A DNA stretch of 64,000 nucleotides, from the IMG/VR virus record IMGVR_UViG_3300046314_000711, one strand, 5' to 3'. The position numbers and the translations under genes were made by a program. The DNA comes from a virus. Of this stretch, positions 59,011 through 64,000 are shown piece by piece. Position 1 is the first letter of the stretch. The number at the start of each line of letters is the position of its first letter. Under the pieces are notes generated by a model that searched no databases, had not been told where the DNA came from, and was given only the letters and a program-made list of their open reading frames with translations.

Positions 59011-59628
59011 ATGAAACTCCAACATATTCTTGATGAAATGGCGTACAAAACCACTACACAACATCCTGAGTTTCCTCAGGAGCAAGTGGATGGATTTGCA
59101 AAATGGATACAAGATGGTAGCGTTGCTCATCCTGTCGAAGGCGGTAAATTCAAAGTCCTGCAAAAAGAATTCGCTTTCGCATTGTTTCGTGCTAGAGATG
59201 AAGCATTGTTGGGGTGGGTTTTGCTTGATGCTGAGAAAACTGAATATGGAATATCTGCATATCCTCTAAAAAACATCCAGATTCTACCAAAGTATCGTAA
59301 CACTGCAGCAATTGTTGTGCTGATAAACGCGATGCGGCTGATACTCAATCGCCCCGTGTTGATAGATAATCCAATATTTTCCGGTGGACAATCACTACTA
59401 AAAGCAATTATCGCTCGACCAGACACGATGCCTCGAGTTAAAACGATTAATAAACGCACAGGTGAAGTTAAACAATATACTGATATGGATTTAGTATATG
59501 ACGATACGATAGCAGTATTACTAGAACAACTCCATTGGAAACTAACTCATTGTGATATTCTCCCAGGAGGATATAGTCGAGACATTGTGCTTGAGTTTTT
59601 CTCAACCTACACTACTGACTTGATATAG
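59011..59628 (+). CDS. late protein, possible GNAT-like fold
   Basis: TATAAATA at 58982; MKLQHILDE leader; IQILPKYRN. Confidence 0.6.
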   Translation: MKLQHILDEMAYKTTTQHPEFPQEQVDGFAKWIQDGSVAHPVEGGKFKVLQKEFAFALFRARDEALLGWVLLDAEKTEYGISAYPLKNIQILPKYRNTAAIVVLINAMRLILNRPVLIDNPIFSGGQSLLKAIIARPDTMPRVKTINKRTGEVKQYTDMDLVYDDTIAVLLEQLHWKLTHCDILPGGYSRDIVLEFFSTYTTDLI

Positions 59629-60021
59629 GACTTGACGACACATCAGTTTTCACTATATACTTGATATTAATGCACCTCTCAAGCTTCAACCGGTTACCCG
59701 AATTGCCGGTATTGCTCAAACTGAGAAGATGTGTTTAGGGCTTTACCCTATTCATATCAACCACATCTACTTCTGATCGCGGGTAGACATTCAATGCGGC
59801 AGGTATTCAAGCGACACGGACCGTCGTCCGACTACATCACTGACTTCCTATCTGGTGGAAACTACTTGGGATTAAGGTCTGTGAGGACATAAGATTGAAT
59901 GTCTCTGTTGCGGGACAGAGAACATTCAGCAGGGCACTAGGTGATATACCAAGTTGTGTAAGCACTACCCTGCTGAATGTTAAAGTGCGGTATACGCAAT
60001 ATACTTTCATAACCTACTCAT

Positions 60022-60498
60022 ATGTCATTTATTGCCACAGATTATATCAACCATACTGCAGTGCAGCAATTTACTGTCGTTAGCTCTGCGGCTGCAGAAG
60101 CACGTCCCCACTTATCATTTATGGCATGGTTGAAAGAGTACCGCACATTTTCAATTGGACTACCTCGACAAGTTGGAAAAACAACAGCACTGCTGGCGGT
60201 GTCAAATGAGTCTACTGCTATCATCTTCCCGACACCCTTGATGTTGGCTTATGTTAAACGTAGCCGCCTCTCTGTATCAGTTGGTCTCTACGATCCTGGT
60301 AGTTTTGTAGAGTATGCATCGTCGTATCACACGTCGAGTAATTCACCCAAACTAACTCAGATCTTTATGGATGAATTTGATTACATACCTACTCACCAAG
60401 CGGAACAGGTAATGAATGCTATAGAGATGCTACAGCATCGTGGCGGATTGGCGGACGATGTGTTCATTCTGAAGGTTGGCACTCCACCTTTTTGCTAA
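60022..60498 (+). CDS. small P-loop protein (terminase-like Walker A)
   Basis: LPRQVGKTT; IFMDE. Confidence 0.6.
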   Translation: MSFIATDYINHTAVQQFTVVSSAAAEARPHLSFMAWLKEYRTFSIGLPRQVGKTTALLAVSNESTAIIFPTPLMLAYVKRSRLSVSVGLYDPGSFVEYASSYHTSSNSPKLTQIFMDEFDYIPTHQAEQVMNAIEMLQHRGGLADDVFILKVGTPPFC

Positions 60499-60526
60499 AT
60501 ACTTAATATTCGTACAACTGTTTTAT

Positions 60527-61861
60527 ATGATGAGATTTATTGACTATTTAATTGAAGCGTCTTCCGGCGTGGATATGTGGGACAAGTACTACAAGGGTCG
60601 TCGGGTAATGACGACTATCAAACCGAAGGGGGCACAGTTATATGACGCTAATACCAATAAAGCAATCCCAGGAAAAAAACTGAGCGGTGGACACGAAGTG
60701 CTAGTTATTGGTGAGTATCCATTGCTACCAACACCGTCTCCAGCAGATATGGCACCTGGTTCGCGGTATGATTTGCGTGTTGGAGCTACTGATCCAGCAA
60801 ATGCTGCGTCAAAAGCATACCAACAGCGCAGCACTCCAGGTAATGACCCAAGTTTCGTTGACGTTGAATACAGTACTCGCACTAAAATTGCAGTGTACGA
60901 TGATGGTCACCAAAGCGTGTATCTTGTAAGCGTTAGTGATATTGCTAAGCCACTTCAAAAGAAGTTGTTTGTGTCACTAAAGCCTCAGAAAGTTTTAGCA
61001 GGCCGAGGTAAAGTTGAAAACGGATTCGCTGTGTTCCCTACATTGACTGCGTATAAGACAGAGTTGATCGCTGGAATTGAACAGTGTTCTGATCTGTCTA
61101 AGGAAGTTAAAGCATATTTAACGACATTGGTGATCGATGGAAGGAATGCAAGTGCTGTTCAACCAACGTATGACCAAACAGGAATTTCGAATAGCGTGCC
61201 ATCATACAATGCGCTAAACAATGATTTCTTGGAGATGATTGGCCCATTTGTAGTTGGAAAGAGTGGAAAGGTAGAAATTCCATTACGCGACAATGAGGCT
61301 ATGATTGATTTTAAAGTTGGTGGGGTAGGTTTTTCTTCAAAGCGTGCAGCCACAGTAGCAAATACACTAAAGTGTGGTGATGTGATTAAAGCACTTGGAG
61401 GACAAAAACTCAATCAGATGGAATTTTCATATCAACTCATGTCAACTCTTGCAACTGCTACTGTAAAGCAAGCACCAGCCGAACTGACAAACTTATTTAA
61501 TAGTAGTAAGTTCGCTTCGGAAATTGCTCAATTTGCTAGCGAACGAGTGTTCAAAAACAAGCGATCCACATGGCTTCCAGCAAAATCTGACTGGTCAATT
61601 GAAGATAACTACAACATGCAGATGACTACTATTGAGAAGTTCGTTAACCAGTGTGTCGCTCAAGGTTCTATAAATTTTGACAAATACGTCAATGAAGCAT
61701 TAATGGATGTGGGCGTAGTAAAAATGCAAATTAATCCACGCACTGGTGCATTGGATAAAATCGCGGTAACCCAACCTGGTTCAATGACTGCTTCTAAAGT
61801 TGGAATCCGGCACAAGGGTCGTGGATTCAAAGGCGGTGAACGTATGGGGTTTGTTCTGTAG
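60527..61861 (+). CDS. late protein with possible PD-(D/E)XK nuclease domain
   Basis: TAAATA at 60496; MMRFIDYLIE leader; FLEMIGP...NEAMIDF...SSK. Confidence 0.55.
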   Translation: MMRFIDYLIEASSGVDMWDKYYKGRRVMTTIKPKGAQLYDANTNKAIPGKKLSGGHEVLVIGEYPLLPTPSPADMAPGSRYDLRVGATDPANAASKAYQQRSTPGNDPSFVDVEYSTRTKIAVYDDGHQSVYLVSVSDIAKPLQKKLFVSLKPQKVLAGRGKVENGFAVFPTLTAYKTELIAGIEQCSDLSKEVKAYLTTLVIDGRNASAVQPTYDQTGISNSVPSYNALNNDFLEMIGPFVVGKSGKVEIPLRDNEAMIDFKVGGVGFSSKRAATVANTLKCGDVIKALGGQKLNQMEFSYQLMSTLATATVKQAPAELTNLFNSSKFASEIAQFASERVFKNKRSTWLPAKSDWSIEDNYNMQMTTIEKFVNQCVAQGSINFDKYVNEALMDVGVVKMQINPRTGALDKIAVTQPGSMTASKVGIRHKGRGFKGGERMGFVL

Positions 61862-62064
61862 TGCTAACTTATCCTGAACTTGCTGCACTAGGCTTTTGTC
61901 CAGTGAAGAACTACGGGTGGATGAAAGCTTTCCCTCGGGGCTTCCGTCTTCCGCTATCCTGCCCAGCAGATCTATACAAAAGGCTCCCGCTGCAGATCCA
62001 GATTTTCTACGACTCTCCTATCGTTGATGGTAAGCGAGCATTAAAACGCCAACTAACCTGTTGA
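61861..62064 (+). CDS. hypothetical protein
   Basis: 67 aa ORF, GTG start. Confidence 0.35.
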   Translation: MLTYPELAALGFCPVKNYGWMKAFPRGFRLPLSCPADLYKRLPLQIQIFYDSPIVDGKRALKRQLTC

Positions 62065-62236
62065 CCTAAACTCAAACTGGCGATATAATGCTCCCTGTGT
62101 CTGGGAAATATCGCTGGTAAATAAAAGACTTGTAAATATTTTCAAATATCTGTTGACTTTAATAGAAAACGGTATATAATAGACCCTAATGCAGTGATCG
62201 AGCTGCTAAACAGAGTTCTTTAAAAAGTTGCTTGTT

Positions 62237-62330
62237 AGCGTCGTAATCTGGGATACCATGCTCGCCTGGTAAGAGTGTGAGGTAGTGGTCGCCAGCCACA
62301 ATAGATGAGGTTCGACTCCTCCACGACGCT
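62237..62330 (+). ncRNA. tRNA-like RNA (cassette 1)
   Basis: gcgtcgt/acgacgc stem, gagg-ttcgact-cctc T arm, D-like hairpin. Confidence 0.6.
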
Positions 62331-62825
62331 AATAAGCAACTTTTTAAAAGATTCTGTTGACCTTAAAAGATTTTAGGGGATAATAGACGTACAGATAGTG
62401 ATCGCACTACTAATAATAGAGTTCTTTAAAAAGTTAGTTTGTTGTGCTGAAAGGTCCACCCACTGTCTTGTGGGGAGAAGGTAATAAGAAAGTTATCAGA
62501 TCCGTTTGATAGCAGAAATAACTTTAACAAACGAAACTTTTTAAAAGATTCTGTTGACCCTAGCCAAAATTGGGGTATAATGGAGACTAAGCAGTGATCG
62601 AGCTGCTTGATAGAGTTCTTTAAAAAGTTAGTGAAACCGCTGTTCATAGTGACGCCAGCTGAGATGCTGGGTAGCGCCAAAAAAGAACGAACAGTGGGAT
62701 GACTTGGATCATACCAAGCGTATCACAAAACTTTTTAAAAGATTCTGTTGACACATACTGAAAAGTGTGTGATAATAGACCCTAAGGCAGTTAAGACTGA
62801 TCACAGTAAACTGCAAAGTTCATTA

Positions 62826-63079
62826 AAAATCTAAAGTTACGAAACAGTAGGATTAGTAGTGTCCATCTGATAATGAGTGGCAAATGGTTCGAAGTGCACC
62901 ACCCGCGCAGTAATTGCCAGGGGAAGTGAATACGGGAAGCCATACGGGAAGTGTAAGTCAGTCCAGATACTTGTAAATGCAGGAGGTCTAAAGACCTGAG
63001 CGACCGCAGCAATGTGGGAGAGATACTGGGACCGTTTGAAGCCTTTAGTGTAATAACACATTCGTAACTAATAGATTTT
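62826..63079 (+). ncRNA. unknown ~250-nt RNA (cassette 4)
   Basis: aaaatcta..gttacgaa / ttcgtaac..tagatttt closing stem. Confidence 0.55.
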
Positions 63080-63174
63080 GTTCTTTAATAATTTACCGAG
63101 TGATATTCCTCTACATCGACTTCACAGTCCAATGTCGGGAGACAGCTGGTGGTTTAACCGCCCGGTTGGAGGAG

Positions 63175-63408
63175 TCATATTCAAATATCGAGTAAGCGAG
63201 GAGTGCAACCCAACTGAAGACGGCCACTGCATAGCCGAGCCGGACGCGGTATTTGAATATGATTATCTATGCGACGATAGTGACTAGGGCGCTTCGGGGT
63301 CTTCGACAATAGCATAGAATCATATTCAAATATCGAGTAAGCGAGGAGTGCAACCCAACTGAAGACGGCCACTGCATAGCCGAGCCGGACGCGGTATTTG
63401 AATATGAT
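63175..63408 (+). repeat. exact 89-bp direct repeat (63175-63263, 63320-63408), each a hairpin RNA
   Basis: Identical copies closed by tcatattcaaatatcg/cggtatttgaatatga. Confidence 0.95.
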
Positions 63409-63528
63409 AAAGGTGAATGGGTTAGGTATGTCACTGCCATAAGAACGCGGCATGCTGAGTTGGTTCAATTCCAACAACTTTTGTTCAATATGAATCCATG
63501 TGACAATAGCGCGCAACGATAGCATGGA

Positions 63529-63632
63529 ATCATATCAAAGGATAATCGCAGGTAATGGCAAGTTGGTAGGCCATCCAGTTAATTCTGGCGCTGTAGTCGG
63601 AGGTTCGAATCCTTCTTATTCTTTGATATGAT
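63529..63632 (+). ncRNA. tRNA-like RNA in 17-bp closing stem
   Basis: ggagg-ttcgaat-ccttc T arm; tggc-aagttggtag-gcca D-like hairpin. Confidence 0.6.
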
Positions 63633-64000
63633 CGATGAGTGTTCGAGTAGCCGTGATGTTACTCACAGGGCAAGTAATCATCGTATGACATCTCGGAAAG
63701 ACGGGCTTCATATTTAAGTACTCCTTATAGGATCGTGCATTGGTAGTTCAAGCAGGGGAAGTTTGTAGTACTTAAATATGGTAAGTCGGTTGTTTGTGGG
63801 TCATAGAGAATTGCAGTAAGTTGGTTTAGCGACCTTCTGAAGATTCTCAACCGGGGCTGCTACTCCAAAGGTAGATACTGGGACTCGGAATCTCAGATAC
63901 AAACAACAATTCATAGCAAAGGATGTTGCAACATTCTAGCGAGGTCGCAGGCAGTAATACAGCCCCTTCCGTTCGATTCGGAGTTATGGATGACTTGGCA

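Larger units (their letters stand above)
62153..63094 (+). repeat. four tandem promoter-hairpin-boxA-ncRNA cassettes
   Basis: TTGAC at 62153, 62357, 62554, 62748; gcagtgatcgagctgc-like hairpins; gttct/cattaaaaa; long closing stems. Confidence 0.85.

Noticed and set aside
60022-60498. Terminase large subunit
   Set aside because: Only 158 aa with no nuclease domain
62153-63094. CRISPR array
   Set aside because: Repeats are promoter/boxA elements, spacers are long and structured, no cas genes
63175-63263. Hammerhead or HDV-like ribozyme
   Set aside because: CTGAAGA-stem is not followed by GAAA; antisense TCCTCGC lacks P1/P3 pairing
63078-63525. ORFs 63078-63287 (+) and 63181-63525 (-)
   Set aside because: Span the duplicated hairpin RNA, no RBS or protein-like features

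Overview
A 64-kb segment of a large T4-like/jumbo myophage genome with a Gram-negative host (spanin pair, SLT). It carries PhoH, Hsp20, neck/tail-terminator/sheath genes, a family B DNA polymerase split in two by an endonuclease ORF, primase, RNase H-like nuclease, an intein-containing helicase, an Acb1 homologue, SmpB, many late-promoter (TAAATA) genes with T4-CTS-like leaders, a desaturase/GNAT/oxygenase module beside a tail fibre, two tRNA arrays (about 28.3-33.3 kb and 57.1-59.0 kb), and a terminal array of promoter/boxA-driven structured ncRNAs (62-64 kb). Main observation: each tRNA array is preceded by a classical-looking translational attenuator (sigma70 promoters, 34-35 codon leader ORF, pause hairpin, antiterminator, intrinsic terminator, boxA). 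The leader's sensing codons specify almost exactly the amino acids served by that array: K,I,E,D,F,S,H,M,T,V,R for array 1 and W,P,Y,N,Q,A,L,C for array 2. This suggests the phage senses depletion of host tRNAs and switches on the matching replacement set. All calls were made by eye; no searches were run.
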